Assembly (NCBI GenBank): GCA_000004695.1
Contig: CM000151.3
Span: 7,552,001 to 7,616,000 of the forward strand
Reading direction: 5' to 3'
DNA from: Dictyostelium discoideum
Taxonomy: Eukaryota
DNA: 64,000 bases
Part shown: piece by piece, positions 1 through 15,784 of the stretch
Numbering within the stretch: the first letter of the stretch is position 1
Layout: every line of letters starts with the position of its first letter
Translations under genes and position numbers: made by a program
The notes under the pieces: generated by a model
Database searches by the model: none
Told to the model about the DNA's origin: nothing
The model's input: only the letters and a program-made list of their open reading frames with translations

Positions 1-474
1 GATAATTCCGATGAATTTGGATATTTATTTTGTTCGTCAAATGATGATGATAGATCATATATTTTTATTGATTGAGCTTTTATTAATAATACAGAGTTTA
101 ATAATAAAAATAAAAATAAAAATAGAAATATCTTCATTTTGTATTTTTTATTACCAAACGGTTTATTATTTTTTTTTTTTTTTGTTTTACTTTTTTTTTT
201 TTTAATCAAAAATCATTTGATTAACAAAGGTCGCATGTAGAAAAAAAGAAAATATAAAAAATTAAAAAAAAAAATAAAAAAAAAAATAAAAAAAACCTCC
301 ATTTTGCAATAGACGAAAAAGATTTTTTATTCTGTTTTTGAAAAAAAAAAAAAAAAAGAGGAAAAATAAAATAAAAAAAAAGAAAGTATTAAAAAAAAAA
401 TAAAAAATTATCAATCCAAAAAAAAATCAATTAATAGGTGTTTTTGATCGAATTATATCTTCATATAATTTTAG

Positions 475-963
475 TAATTTTCAATCGAAATTATACTTTT
501 TTTAATTACAAAAAAGATCTCGTTACTCAATACTGGTGGTCGATTTTATAAAAATAAGCGAAGGGATCTCTTTAATTATGATGCCTTTCCAATCCAAATT
601 GAATCTGATAAAGTTTCTCATTTTAAAGTTTTTAATAATAGAACGAAAGAATTTATTAATGAATGTAAAGACTATTTCAAACTCTCTGATGATGAAAATG
701 TCTATTCAATTTGTCTTTATAAAAATCAATGCTCTTGTGGGTCAAAAAATAAAATATATTCATGCTGGAAAGTAAATTGTACTAATGGTATATGCCTGCA
801 ATGTATTAAAAAGTCTTCATTTGCTTCCAATTATTGTCTGTATACCTTTTTCAAAAAAAATTTTAAATATTGCATTCAATGTATTTCTGATTCAATCAAA
901 AATAAATCATGTATTATTTGGTGTTCAAAATCCTATTGAAGACATATACTATTCTAATTTACA
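475..963 (+). other. About 160-codon Met-less open reading frame, Cys-rich (...CSCGSKNKIYSCWKVNCTNGICLQCIKK...YCIQCISDS...CIIWCSKSY*). Possibly an internal or 3' exon of an unannotated gene.
   Basis: Frame 1 is open from the TAG at 472-474 to the TGA at about 961-963. The surrounding DNA is more than 80% A+T, where random ORFs are short. Cys spacing is regular. It is missing from the ORF track only because it has no ATG. Confidence 0.25.
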
Positions 964-1187
964 TTCAGACAATTCATTAAATTAATAAAAATAATAGATA
1001 TTTAAGTGTTATGAAGGAGGTTTTTTTTTTTATTTAAGTTTAATAAATTTAAATTAAAGCATGGAGATTTGTCACATTAATTTTTTATTTTTTTATTTTT
1101 TTTGGCTTGAATATTTTGTCGGCAAGCTGCCAAAATTTTTTGACAATCTGGTTTATTAATTCAAATTATTATTTCAATAATAATTAT

Positions 1188-1224
<37 letters not shown>

Positions 1225-1379
1225 ATCAATATTGTATCACTTTATTGTTTAAAATTTTAATTGATTTATTTATTCATTTTTTTTTTTTTCATGTTTTTTA
1301 TTTTATTTTATTTTATTTTATTTAGTTATTTATTTTTTTTTATTATTTATTTATTATTTTTTTTATTATTTATTTTTTT

Positions 1380-1462
1380 ATTTATTTATTTTTTAATTTA
1401 TTTATTTATTTTATTTATTTATTTATTTATTTATTAATTTATTTATATATTTATATATATAT

Positions 1463-1537
<75 letters not shown>

Positions 1538-1545
1538 TATATTTT
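1380..1545. repeat. (TTTA)n/(ATTT)n microsatellite
   Basis: Direct reading shows uninterrupted tttatttattta... units. Confidence 0.9.
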
Positions 1546-2121
1546 TTTATTTATCATTTATTTTTTTTTTAAAAGGAATATTAAATTTGAAAAACTTAAC
1601 CCAAAAAAAATAAAATAAAAAAAGAAATGGGAAAATTTAAAAAAAATGGTGAGAGAAAATTGAAAAAATCTAATTTTTGAGAATTATTAAAAAAAAAAAA
1701 AATAAAAAAAAATAAAATTTATTAATTATTGATTGTAATTCAAATAATAATAATTTTTAATTAATTTTTGACATCAATTTTAATGTAGAACAACGAATTC
1801 TTAAAAAAGGAAGATTTTTTTATAAATCTAATTTTTTATTATAAAACATAATAAAATAAAACATATTGCAAAAAAAAAAAAAAAAAAATAATTATAATAA
1901 TAAAAAAAATATGTAAATCAACATGGATATTATTTAGATATATATTTTTATAAAAAAAAATATTTAAAAAAAGAAAAAAAAAAAATTTTTCCAAAATAAA
2001 AAACAAAATGAATATCTTAATAGAATAAGAAACCCGTGCACAAAAAATAAAATAATGGACACATCTGACAAAAAAAAAATCCAAAAAAATAAAATAATTA
2101 AAAAAAGAAAAAAAAAAAATA

Positions 2122-2164
<43 letters not shown>

Positions 2165-2178
2165 AAAAGATTAATCAA

Positions 2179-2210
<32 letters not shown>

Positions 2211-2581
2211 AATTCTTGTATATATCTTAAAAAAAAGATTTATATCACCTTAAAATTCCTTGTGATTTAGTGGTCTAAAAATAATTTTACTATTAAAAAT
2301 TTTAGTATTTCCCCCTAAACCCTGATTCTCTTTAATCCAGAATACAAAATTGAGGCTAAAAATAAAAATTATTATAATATGATTACCCAATATGAAGAAA
2401 ATATATTATTGTGTAAAATCATTATATATCTAAAAAAAATAGATTTATAAATTGTCACAATATTATTATCGGAGCACTAAATCCAATTTCGTCACACTCT
2501 AATTTTAACATCAATTGATTTTTAGTACCCGATAAAAAGAAAAAAACCAAAAATCAAAGAGATCTAAAAATGGAATCAACA

Positions 2582-2615
<34 letters not shown>

Positions 2616-3132
2616 AAAAATCAAAAATCCAATTACTTGAATAATTTTTAATTTTTTCTAATTTTTTTCAATTTTTTTTCTTTTTGATCAATTTACAAAT
2701 CCCCACTAATTTATTAAAAAAAAAAAAAAAAAAAAATAGCCACCACACAACAACCCATTTAAATTTCAGCTCCACATTAATTTTAAGATTTATAATATTT
2801 TATATACAATTTTTTACATATAAAGCTATGTTCCTAATAAACACATTATCACACAGACCAAAATCTCTAAAAATAAGATTACGAAGTCATGAGTTAGTTT
2901 AATATATAGTTTTATAAATCTATTTTTTTTTTTTATTATAAATTTACTTTTTTTTTTTTCTTTTTATTTTACTTTTTATTATTTATTCAAATAAAGTAAA
3001 TAATTATATATAAATAAATAAAATAAATAAAATAAATAAATAAATAAAATAAATAAATAAAATAAATAAATAAATAAATAAATAAATAAACAATTATTTT
3101 ATAATAATAATAATAAATTATATTTAAATAAA

Positions 3133-5414
<2,282 letters not shown>

Positions 5415-5710
5415 TTAATTGTAATCTCGAAATTTGAGACTTTTTTTAAAAAATAATTTATTTCTTCACTATATCATTTTATCTGTTTCTGATATTTTTA
5501 AAATCCATATTATCTGTACAAAAATAATTTAAATATTAATAAAATAAAAAATAATTAATAATAATAACAATAAACAATTTGATAATGTTTTAAGTTGTTC
5601 TTTAATAATTAATTAATTTTAAGTGTTTAATATAATATATTTATTTTTATTTTTTTATTTTTTTTATTTTTTTATTTTTTATTTTGTATTTGATTATTAT
5701 AATTATTAAT

Positions 5711-6988
5711 TTAAGAAGCTGATGTATAGAAATATCTTGTTCTATAGACATTTAAATAGTTAATTAAAATATCAATTAATGTTTTAAAGATATGAATCTT
5801 TTTCAAAAAGTTTAAAAATTTGTTTAATAAACCATCACCAATAAACTTTTCATAGAATGGTGATCTAATTAAATAGAAAAAAAGTAATTTCTTTCTTCTA
5901 TTCAATTCTTTGGCTTCCAATAAGGTTAATCGTATTTTCTGTTTAAAATTTCCATATTCTGAAAATGATTTGCTTAATAATTCAGTAACTAATGATAAAA
6001 ACCATGGTTTCCAAGACTTTTTACCAAATATACAATATGAAACCCCTAAAAAATTATTAAAATAAAATAAATTAGTATATATGTGTGTGTCTTTTTATTT
6101 ATTTTTTAAATAATACATACAATAAATAACAGGTCTAAATATAAATAAAATCTCACCAATAGTTTTTGTATTATAATCTTTTGGTGGTGGAGGTGGTAAT
6201 AATTTAATTAATGTTGATTCGTTTTGTTGTAATTCTCTCTGTTGTTGATATAATAAATTATTTTCTTGGTTTACAATTCGTTGTTGTTCAAATATTTGAT
6301 CTGATAATGTTCTTCTATTATTATTATTATTATTATTATTATTAAAATTATCATCGTTTGTATTATTATTATTATTAATATTATTATTATCATTATTATT
6401 AATATTATTATTATTATTTATTGACATTGTTACAGCTGGTCTTTTATTTTGGAATTGTTTTTGTTGATTTCGATTATTTTCAAGTATTGTTTTTACATCT
6501 TTTGAAGGTACATAAAATGAATGATGTACCAACATATCACCATTTGTTTTAATTAATAGTTTTAAACGTAAAATTGCTTTTAATAATTCAATTATAAATA
6601 TTATCATCTTTTTAATATTATTATTACTATTATTGTTATTACTATTACTATCGTCATGTTGTTCTCCTTTTTTTGTTGCTAACATTTCAAAGAATAATTC
6701 TAAACTTTGCACTGTTGTAATCCAACGTAAAGTTGTTAAATAATAGGGTGGTGGTACTTTTTCACCATTTGATATTTTATCGATATTATTTGATAATAGA
6801 ATTCCTGATGACCTATAATCTAAATATGATTGCAATATATTTGCTACACTATAAAGACCTTCACTAAACAATTCAGAATCACCATATCTACCTGGTAAAA
6901 ATGTAATTAATGATTTTAATAATCCCAAATGATCACTATTCTCTAATAAAAATATTAAAATATTTGATTTTGGTTGTTTTGGAATCAT
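5711..6988 (-). CDS. pex16: Peroxisomal biogenesis factor 16 (PEX16) orthologue: complement(join(5711..6045,6121..6988))
   Basis: Blocks align to human PEX16: ELFSEGLYSVANIL, LTTLRWITTVQSLELFFEMLATKKG, IIELLKAILRLKLL, KKSWKPWFLSLVTELLSKS, ELNRRKKLLFFYLIRSPFYEKF, and the C-terminal ...YFY. The minus-strand intron runs GTATGT(6120)...TTTTTAG(6046), 75 bp. The phase-1 junction regenerates TGG (Trp) of the conserved SWKPW motif. Confidence 0.85.
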
Positions 6989-7646
6989 CTTTATTATTTT
7001 ATTATTTTTTTAATTTATTATTTTTTTAATTATTTTTTTTCGATTTTATTATTGTGTATATATATAAATATAGATATGATTTTTAAGTATGATGTAGAAA
7101 ACAATCTATTATGATTATATTTGGTTACAACAACAACAATAACAACAACAACAACAACAATAACAACAATAACAGACAACCAACCAAAATTATTCCAACT
7201 ATCTTTTGCAAAACAAAATCTGAAAACAAAAATTGAAAAAAAAAAATAAAAAATAAAAAATAAAAAAAAAATAAAAAAAAAAAAAATAAAAATTAATTTT
7301 TTTTTTTTAATTTTTTATTTTTCAAATTTAGGTTAAATTTAAATACACCAAGATACAAATAAAAACCCCTTAGAATCAGAAAAAAAATAAAAAATAAATA
7401 AAATAAAATAAAAATTAAATAAAAAATAAAAAGCGCGCGTGGATTCATTTAAATGAATAATTAAATATTTTTTTTTTTCTTATTAATATTTCACTTTCAT
7501 ACGATCATTACACTACCAATTATATACATAAAATTTATTTATTTAACTTTAATTATAAAATACAATAAAATACAAAAAAAAATAATTCAAATAAATAAAA
7601 ATAAATAAATAAAAGAAGAAAAAGAAAAAGAAAAAGAAAAAGAAAG

Positions 7647-7688
<42 letters not shown>

Positions 7689-7691
<3 letters not shown>

Positions 7692-10546
7692 CAATCTGAT
7701 ACGTTGACTGTACAAACTGTACCAAATACAACGAATGTAACGAATACTGAGCATTCAATGTTAGCAGTATGTATATTTATCACCCCCTTTCCTTTCATTT
7801 TTTATTAATTTAATAATAACAATTATAAAATAAACTAATAAATAAAAATTATAGAAAATTGAAGAAAATAGACATATTATTCAAACTATATGGGAAAAAC
7901 AAAATTTAGGTAAATTAACAGAATGTGAACAATTTCAAAAAAGATTACATAGTAATCTTTTATTATTAGCTCCATTAGCTGATCACCAACAAAATTATCA
8001 TGTAAGTGAAAAAAAAAAAAAAAAAACAAAAAAAGCAAAGCAAAGAGTTATACTAACTATGATTTTAATCAATTATTAATGAATAGAAACAACAACAAGC
8101 ATTACTACAGCAACAACAGCAACAACAACAAGCATTACTACAACAACAGCAACAATCACCAGTTACAAATGTAGCAACCAATACACCACCAACTTTACAA
8201 CACTCAATTTCATCACCATCACCAAATAATTTTAACAATAATAATAATGCAAATAATCAATTCCTTTCACCTAATAGTCCTCAAGTTGCAAAATCATCAC
8301 CTTCTCAAAACAATCCATCAACACCAATTGCCAATACTCCAACAACAACAACAACAACAGCCGCAACAACAGCCACAAACACTAATACGATGATGAGTGG
8401 AAGTAGTGGCGGAGTGGTATCACCAGTTTCAAATCAGCAACAACAACAATCGATTCAGTCACCATCACAACAATCAGTTGTACAAAGATCACCATCACAA
8501 TCATTAAATTCATCAGCATCGTCAATTCAAAGTTTACAAAATATTCAAAATACTCAAAATACAATTCAACAATTAACAAACTCTCTAACACAAGTTAAAA
8601 CTATAATTCAACAATATCAATCACAAAATCAACAAGTACCACAAGATGTAATCTCTAGATATCATGAATTCTATTCAATGTTGCAACAACAACAACAAAA
8701 CCTATTACAACAACAATCTTTATTACAACAGCAACAAGCTTTATTACAACAACAACAAGTTGGAAACCCAATGCAACAAAGTAATGATATGCAACCACAA
8801 ACACCACAACAAAATAATATGCAACAACAACAACAACCACAAACACCACAACAAACAAATATGCAACAACCTCAAACTCCACAACAAAATAGTATGCAAC
8901 CATCTCAACAACCAATTACTCAACAAGAATATCAACAAATTTATGATAAAATAGTATCAATGAGTTCACAGATATTATTGTGTAATCAAAATATACAAAA
9001 ATTACAAAGTGAATCCTATGATCCACACGTTTTACAAGGATTACAAAATCAAGTTGCAAATTTAGAGATTGCTCAAGCAAATAGTCTTAGATTCTTACCT
9101 CAACAATATCATGTCGTACTATTCCAACAACAACAGCAACAACAAGCCAATCAACAACAATTACAATTAATGCAAATTAAACAATCAAAGGAATATATGG
9201 TTTTAACACCTGCTCAACAATTAATTTATAATCAACAAATTCAACAAAATCATTACAATCAACAAGTTATACTGAGACAACAACAACAAAAATTAATGGC
9301 AATATTGGAACAACAAAATCAAATGATAGCACAACAACAACAACAACAACATCAAATGCATCAACAACATCAAATGCAACCACAGCAACAACAACAACAA
9401 CATCAAATGCATCAACAATCACCACAACAACCACAACAAATGGGAATGGGAGGTAACCCACCATCACTTGAAATGATATCACCAATGTCTGCTGTAATGA
9501 ATGGTGTAACTAGTCCAATGAATCAAGGGATGATGAGTAGTAATAATGGTATGCCAACAATAACAACATCATTATCTGCAATTTCTCCAACCTCACCAAT
9601 TGGTACAAATTTAAATATGTCCAATCCAACTACAACCACAGTAGCAAATGTCACCACCACCGCAGCCACTACCACCACTGCTTCATCATCTGGTAAAGAG
9701 GAGAAAGAAAAGAAAAAAGATAAAAAAGATAAAGATAAAGATAAGGATAAGGATGATGATGATAAAGAATCTAAAAAAGATAAAAAAGATAAGAAGGATA
9801 AAAAAGCAAGTAAAGAGAAAACTTCGCATTGGACATCCGAAGAACATAATAAATTTTTAGAAGCAGTTCAACAATTTGGTATTAAAGATTACCATGCCAT
9901 AGCTAAATTTGTTCAAACTAGAAATCATCATCAAGTTAGAACTCATGTAAATACTTATTTAAAAAATCAAAAGAAAGCTGAAGCTGCAACATCTTCAACT
10001 CAAGTTAGTACTCCACAACAACAATTACCAATAGTTGGTACTCCACAACAATCTGTTGGTACTCCACAACAACAACAACCACCAATTGAACAAACACCAC
10101 CACCACCACAACAACAACAACAACCACCACAATTAACACCAGAACAACAATTAGCTTCACAACAACAACAAGCAACATTACAATTTCAACAATATCAACA
10201 ACCACAAGATCAACAACAGCAACAATATCAACAATATCAACAATATGATCCTCAACAACAACAACAACAACCACAACAACAACCTCCACCACCACAAACC
10301 ACTCCCCCAAATAATGAAAATAATAATAATATTAATAATAATTTAGAAAACACTAATAATAACGATAATGGTAACAATAATAATAATGAATATAATAGTG
10401 GATTTGATTCAAATAGTGGGTTGAATGACGAGATGGGAATAGGATTATTTGGATCACCTGGTAATAATAGCAATAATAATTTAGGAATTTCCATTGAAGG
10501 TAATAATTTTGATGACAATCCATCAATCTCTTCCCCAGGTGTATAA
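7689..10546 (+). CDS. Q-rich transcription-regulator-like protein with an N-terminal SSXT/SNH (SYT N-terminal homology, GIF-like) domain and a C-terminal SHAQKYF-class Myb/SANT domain: join(7689..7766,7855..8001,8087..10546)
   Basis: Exon 2 encodes IQTIWEKQNLGKLTECEQFQKRLHSNLLLLAPLADHQQN, which is SNH-like. The Myb motif is WTSEEHNKFLEAVQQFGIKDYHAIAKFVQTRNHHQVRTHVNTYL. Donors GTATGT(7767) and GTAAGT(8002), acceptors tAG(7854) and aAG(8086). All phases are 0 and consistent with ORF 8390..10546. Confidence 0.75.
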
Positions 10547-10833
10547 AAATAAATAAAAAAATAAAAAAAATAAAAATAAAAAAAGAAATAGAAATAGAAA
10601 TAGAAAACAAAAAATAAATAAAACAGTAAGAAATTAAATTCAAAATCAAGAAATTGAATTCAATAAAAAAATTAAAATAAATTGCAATTCTTTTATTATT
10701 ATTATTTTTTTTTTTTTTTTTTTTTTTTTTAATGATATTTCTATTTCTATTTTTTTTTTTATATATTTTACTTTATTAATCAAAAAAAATTTTATTTTTT
10801 TATTTTTTTTCAAAAGCTTTTACTTTATTAATC

Positions 10834-10880
<47 letters not shown>

Positions 10881-11698
10881 AAAAAAAATTAAATAAAAAT
10901 AAAAATAGAAATAGAAATAAAAATAAAAATAAAAATAAAAATAAAAATAAAAATAAAAATAAAAATAAAAATGAAAATGGAATTAATTTTTTTTTTTTTT
11001 GGAATTCAACTCCAAGCTTAATCTAAAGAAAAAAAAAGACGTAATAAATATCCTTCTTCTATAAAAATCTGTGAGAAAATATGGAGTGGGTTCTGTGGGA
11101 AAAATTAAAAAAAATTTTGATGATTTGTTTCCAACCAGGATATTGTGTTCCAAAAGGAACCATCTTAATCTTATGGAATGCACAATACCAAAATATCAGG
11201 GTGTGAAAATTGATTTTTTTTCAATTTTTTTTTTTATTTTTTTTTTTTTATTTTTTTTTTTTTAGTTTTTTTTAACAGATTTGAACAATTTATTATATTT
11301 TTTTTTAGTTTTTTATTTTTTTTATACTAAAACATAAATCCTTTATGTTTGGGTAAGTTTCACATATGTAATAATATATATTATTATTTTTGAAAAAACA
11401 TTTTCTATTTTTTTTTATTTATTTTTTTATTTATTTTTATTCATTAAGTAGAGACTTCCCAAATTGGCAAAACTACAATTTAAATGATAATACTATAAAA
11501 AAAAAAAATAAATAAAAAAAAAAACAAATAAAAAAAGGAATAAAAAAAAAGGAATTAAGAACACCACATTTATTTTAAAGAAAGATGATAATTTTTAAAA
11601 AATTTTTTTTTTTTTTTAATAATTAAAAAAATAATGGTCCACCACACAATTTAATGTTTTTTTTATTTTTTTTATAAGTAATAAGATTTAATTGTTTT

Positions 11699-11742
<44 letters not shown>

Positions 11743-12057
11743 GTAGTTATAATAATAATAAATAAAAATTTATAAACTTAATTTCTGTTTTTTTTTATCT
11801 TTTTTATTCAACAGATTAATTTCATAAATTTTTTTTATTTTTTTTTTTTTATTTCATTTTTTTTATAATTCTTTCATTTTTTTTTATTTATTATTATTTA
11901 TTATTTAATAAAATAATAAACTAATAATAATATCCTTTTAAAAAAAAAAATAGATAATCAAAATAAAATCAATAAAAATAGCCACGAGGCATCAATTATT
12001 TTAACAGAGTTTGAATTAATTGAATTAAATACTGAAAAGATAGAAAATAATAAAAAT

Positions 12058-13770
12058 ATGACACCCAGAATTGAAAGTGAGGAATCTGCTCCTCTAGTAA
12101 ATAAAAACAACAACAATAATAACGATAATAATAATAATAATAATGTTGATGAAGAAAACCCTTTAATAATAGAAAGTGGTATTCCAATTGAAGATTTAGA
12201 ACAAAAAAATAAACCATATTTAATTAAAGTACCAAATATTGATAAACCAGATTCTGTAAGTTTTTATTTTTCATTTTTTTTTTTTTTTTTTTTATTAATA
12301 ATAATAATAATAATAAAAATTATTTATTAATTTTTTATTTCTTTTTTTTTTTTAATTAAAAAAAAGAAATGGATAAATTTTAAAACATTATGGGCATTTA
12401 CAGGACCAGGATTTTTAATGAGTATAGCATATTTAGATCCTGGTAATTTAGAGAGTGATATTCAAGCAGGAGCAATGGCAGGATATCAATTACTTTGGGT
12501 ATTATTTTGGTCAACAGTTATTGGATTTTGGTTACAAATGTTAGCATCAAGATTGGGTGTTGTAACAGGTAAACATTTAGCTGAACATTGTAGAGAACAA
12601 TATCCAAAGACACCAAGGCTATTGTTATGGTTAATGACAGAGTTGGCCATTATAGGTAGTGATATTCAAGAGGTTATCGGTACTGCGATTGCCTTGCAAA
12701 TCTTATCGAATGGACATATACCATTATGGGCTGGTGTATTATTCACTGCAGCTGATACATTCACATTTTTATTTTTAGAGAAATATGGTATTAGAAAGTT
12801 GGAGGCATTCTTTTGCTCCTTGATTGCAATCATGGCCATTTCTTTTGGTGTAGAATACATCATTAGCAAGCCCGACCAAATTGAGGTGGTAAAAGGTGTA
12901 TTCATACCATTATGCTCACAGAACAACATTTCCCAAGCTGTGGGTATCTTGGGGGCAGTTGTAATGCCACATAATATCTACTTACATAGCGCTTTGGTAC
13001 AGTCAAGAGAAATCGATAGAAAGAGTGAAACTCAAGTAAAAATCGCAAATAAATACAATCGTTTAGAATCTGCATTCGCATTGATCATCTCTTTTATTAT
13101 TAATCTATTATTGGTATCAGTTTTCGCTAAAGGATTCTATGGAGAAACTACAGAGATTGGGTTATCATCGGCTGCTGATTTCCTTATGGACAAGTATGGT
13201 AAGGTTGCAAAATACATTTGGGCAATCGGTTTATTTAGTGCTGGTCAATGCTCGACTATGACAGGTACCTATAGTGGTCAATTTGTAATGGAAGGTTTCT
13301 TAAAATTAAAAATCGCACCTTGGAAAAGATTATTAATCACCCGTTGTACCGCTATCGTTCCTGCTATGGTTGTTGCTATATTATCGACTTCTCATTTGGA
13401 TTCTTTAGATCAATGGTTAAACATTTTGCAAAGTATTCAATTACCCTTTGCAGTGGTACCTGTATTATTATTTACAAGCTCTGAGAAAATTATGGGTTCA
13501 AAATTTAAAAATCATTGGTTAAATAATCAATTTGTTAGATTTTTATCACTATTAATCATTGCAATCAACATTTATTTAATTATCACTTTCTCAATGCAAA
13601 TCTCTGAATCAGCTTGGATGATTTCAATAGTTTCAATATCTTTCTTTTTTTATTTCATTTTCATAGTTTATTTATCAATGGGTCAAGAAAACTTTAATTC
13701 TATGACTAAAAAAATCAAAAATTTATTTAATAATAATTCAAATCAAACTTATAATAATATTAATTATTAA
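12058..13770 (+). CDS. nramp1: Nramp (SLC11) divalent metal transporter Nramp1: join(12058..12255,12367..13770), 533 aa
   Basis: Has the DPGN motif and a FTGPGFLMSIAYLDPGNLESDIQAGA... consensus, with long conserved transmembrane blocks. Donor GTAAGT at 12256, acceptor aAG at 12366. Predicted length of 533 aa equals the length reported for Dictyostelium Nramp1. Confidence 0.9.
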
Positions 13771-14478
13771 TAATTTTTTTTTTTTTTATTTAATTGATAA
13801 AAAAAAAAAAATTAAAATATTAAAATAAATAAATAATAATAATAAATATATAACTTTTTTTTTTTTTCTATTCAAATAATTATCTTTTTTTAATTTTTTT
13901 CTATTCAAATACACTAATAATTAATTTTTTTTTTTTTTTATATTTTAAATCTTTATTTTTTTTTTTTTTTATATTTTAAAATCTTTATTTTTATTTTTTA
14001 ATTAAATAAATCTTTTAAAAAGTTGATAGTAATTGTTTTATTTGTTTTTTTTTTTTTTTTTTTTTTTGTTAATAATTTATATTTTTTTGTGAAGTGACAC
14101 ATATTATCTTTTAAAAGAAGCATTAATAATTAAATTATATTTTTTTTTTAAAAAAAACAAGTGGATATAAAAAGTTTTTTTTTTTTTATTAATAAAATCA
14201 AAAAAACAAACAAATATATTTTAACAACTAAATAAAATATTAAATATATTATTAAAAAAAAGAAAAAAAAAAGTTTATAAAAAAAAAAAAAAAAAAACAA
14301 ATATAGTTTAAAAAAAAGAAATTTTCAATTAATTTTAAAAATAAAAAAATAAAATGAAAATTTTAAATTTAATTCTAATTCTTGCAATTTTAAATATTGT
14401 AATTGAATTTTCAAATGCAAGATCAAATGATAAAGAGAAATGTAGTTTAAAATTTATCCAGGAATTTCAAATGATGGT

Positions 14479-15330
14479 ATGGGTAATATTTTAATAATTG
14501 GTAAACCAAGTAATCCAAAAAATGAAAGTAAAGTTTTTGTTTCTGGTGTTTATAAAATTCCAATGTTTTCAATGGGTGGTGATACAATTTCAAGAAAGTT
14601 AGATATCAATGGTGAAGTTTTAAATGGTGGTAGTAATTCAATGTCAATTAATTTATTTTATGGTTATTTACCAAAACAAAATATATATTATTTTAGAATG
14701 AATCATGCTGGTCAACCAGTATTTAGTATGTTAAAACCATCATCATCGTCAGAATTAAAACAAGTTTTTAATATTCATAATACACCATTTGTTCCAGCTA
14801 TTAATGGTAATACATTCATTTATGGTGCATATGGTATTTATAGATTAAATAAATTACCAGAAGATGTTAGTGATGCTCAATTGTCAATTCAATTATATAA
14901 AGATCAAATTATTAATGGTTTATCATTTGATAGTGAAAATAAATCTGTAATTTATATGTCAACTTATCAAGGTACTTTCTTAAAGGGTGATATTAATTGT
15001 GTAAATTGTACAAAAGATCAATTGGAATTAATTGGAAATGATACAAATGCTCAATCAGTAAATGATTTATTAGTATATAAAGATATGATCTATTATTCTT
15101 ACCCAACTGGTATTAGAGGTTTCCCGAAGAATGGAAAAGGTAATCCAATTCAATTAGTTTCAAATGAAAATGTTAATTCAATGATTCAATTAAATGGTAA
15201 AATTTATTTCTCAACAAATGATGGTTTAATTAAAACAATAAAATTACCAAATTCATCATCACCATCATCATCAACCTCAAATCAACTTAAAACTATTTTC
15301 AATAGTTCATATTACACCAAATGTCAATAA
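14479..15330 (+). CDS. Putative secreted repeat protein (YWTD-like beta-propeller blades: VIYMSTYQG, MIYYSYPTG, KIYFSTNDG); the 5' end is uncertain.
   Basis: ORF 14479..15330. An upstream ATG at 14354 encodes a classic signal peptide MKILNLILILAILNIVIEFSNA, but in frame 2. It overlaps the frame-1 continuation (open from 14446) with no canonical intron between them. Confidence 0.5.
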   Translation: MGNILIIGKPSNPKNESKVFVSGVYKIPMFSMGGDTISRKLDINGEVLNGGSNSMSINLFYGYLPKQNIYYFRMNHAGQPVFSMLKPSSSSELKQVFNIHNTPFVPAINGNTFIYGAYGIYRLNKLPEDVSDAQLSIQLYKDQIINGLSFDSENKSVIYMSTYQGTFLKGDINCVNCTKDQLELIGNDTNAQSVNDLLVYKDMIYYSYPTGIRGFPKNGKGNPIQLVSNENVNSMIQLNGKIYFSTNDGLIKTIKLPNSSSPSSSTSNQLKTIFNSSYYTKCQ

Positions 15331-15784
15331 AAAAAATTTGTTTTTTTATTTGATTATTTTGTTTTCAAATTGTTTCAAAAAATAATAAAATAAATAAAAT
15401 ATATATTTTTTATAAATAATACATAAGAAACTATGAATACTTTAAATTTATTTTCCTTTTTTTTTTTTTTTTTTTTTTTAAATATATTATTTTATTAATA
15501 TCAATTTTTTAATATTTATTCAATAAACATTTTATCCGCCAATTCTTTTTATTTAATAATATATTTTTTAATATAGTTTTATAGGTATAAATGAAAAAAA
15601 ATTAAAAAAAAAATAAATAAAAACAAGAATGCCAAAGAAAGTATGGGTTATTAAGTATATTTTCCTTTTTTTTTTTATTTGCTCTGTTTTTTTTTTTTTT
15701 TTTTTTTTTTTTCAATAATATTTATACAATTTTATCCTCTAATTCTACAAATGATTTTATTTTTTTATTTTTTTTTACAATTTT

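Noticed and set aside
1839-2084. AT-rich low-complexity ORFs in intergenic DNA (for example 11..205, 1839..2084, 7549..7798, 18721..18981, 41155..41421, 47075..47529, 58493..58819)
   Set aside because: Poly-F/K/I translations of homopolymer runs, with no codon structure.
8382-10649. Multiple overlapping ORFs on both strands inside the Q-rich gene (8655..8915, 8664..8954, 8744..8938, 9267..9485, 9648..9860, 10005..10310, 10252..10518, 10353..10649)
   Set aside because: Alternative frames of (CAA)n/(CAG)n-rich coding sequence give poly-V/poly-L/poly-N peptides. The single sense frame, with its Myb domain, explains the region.
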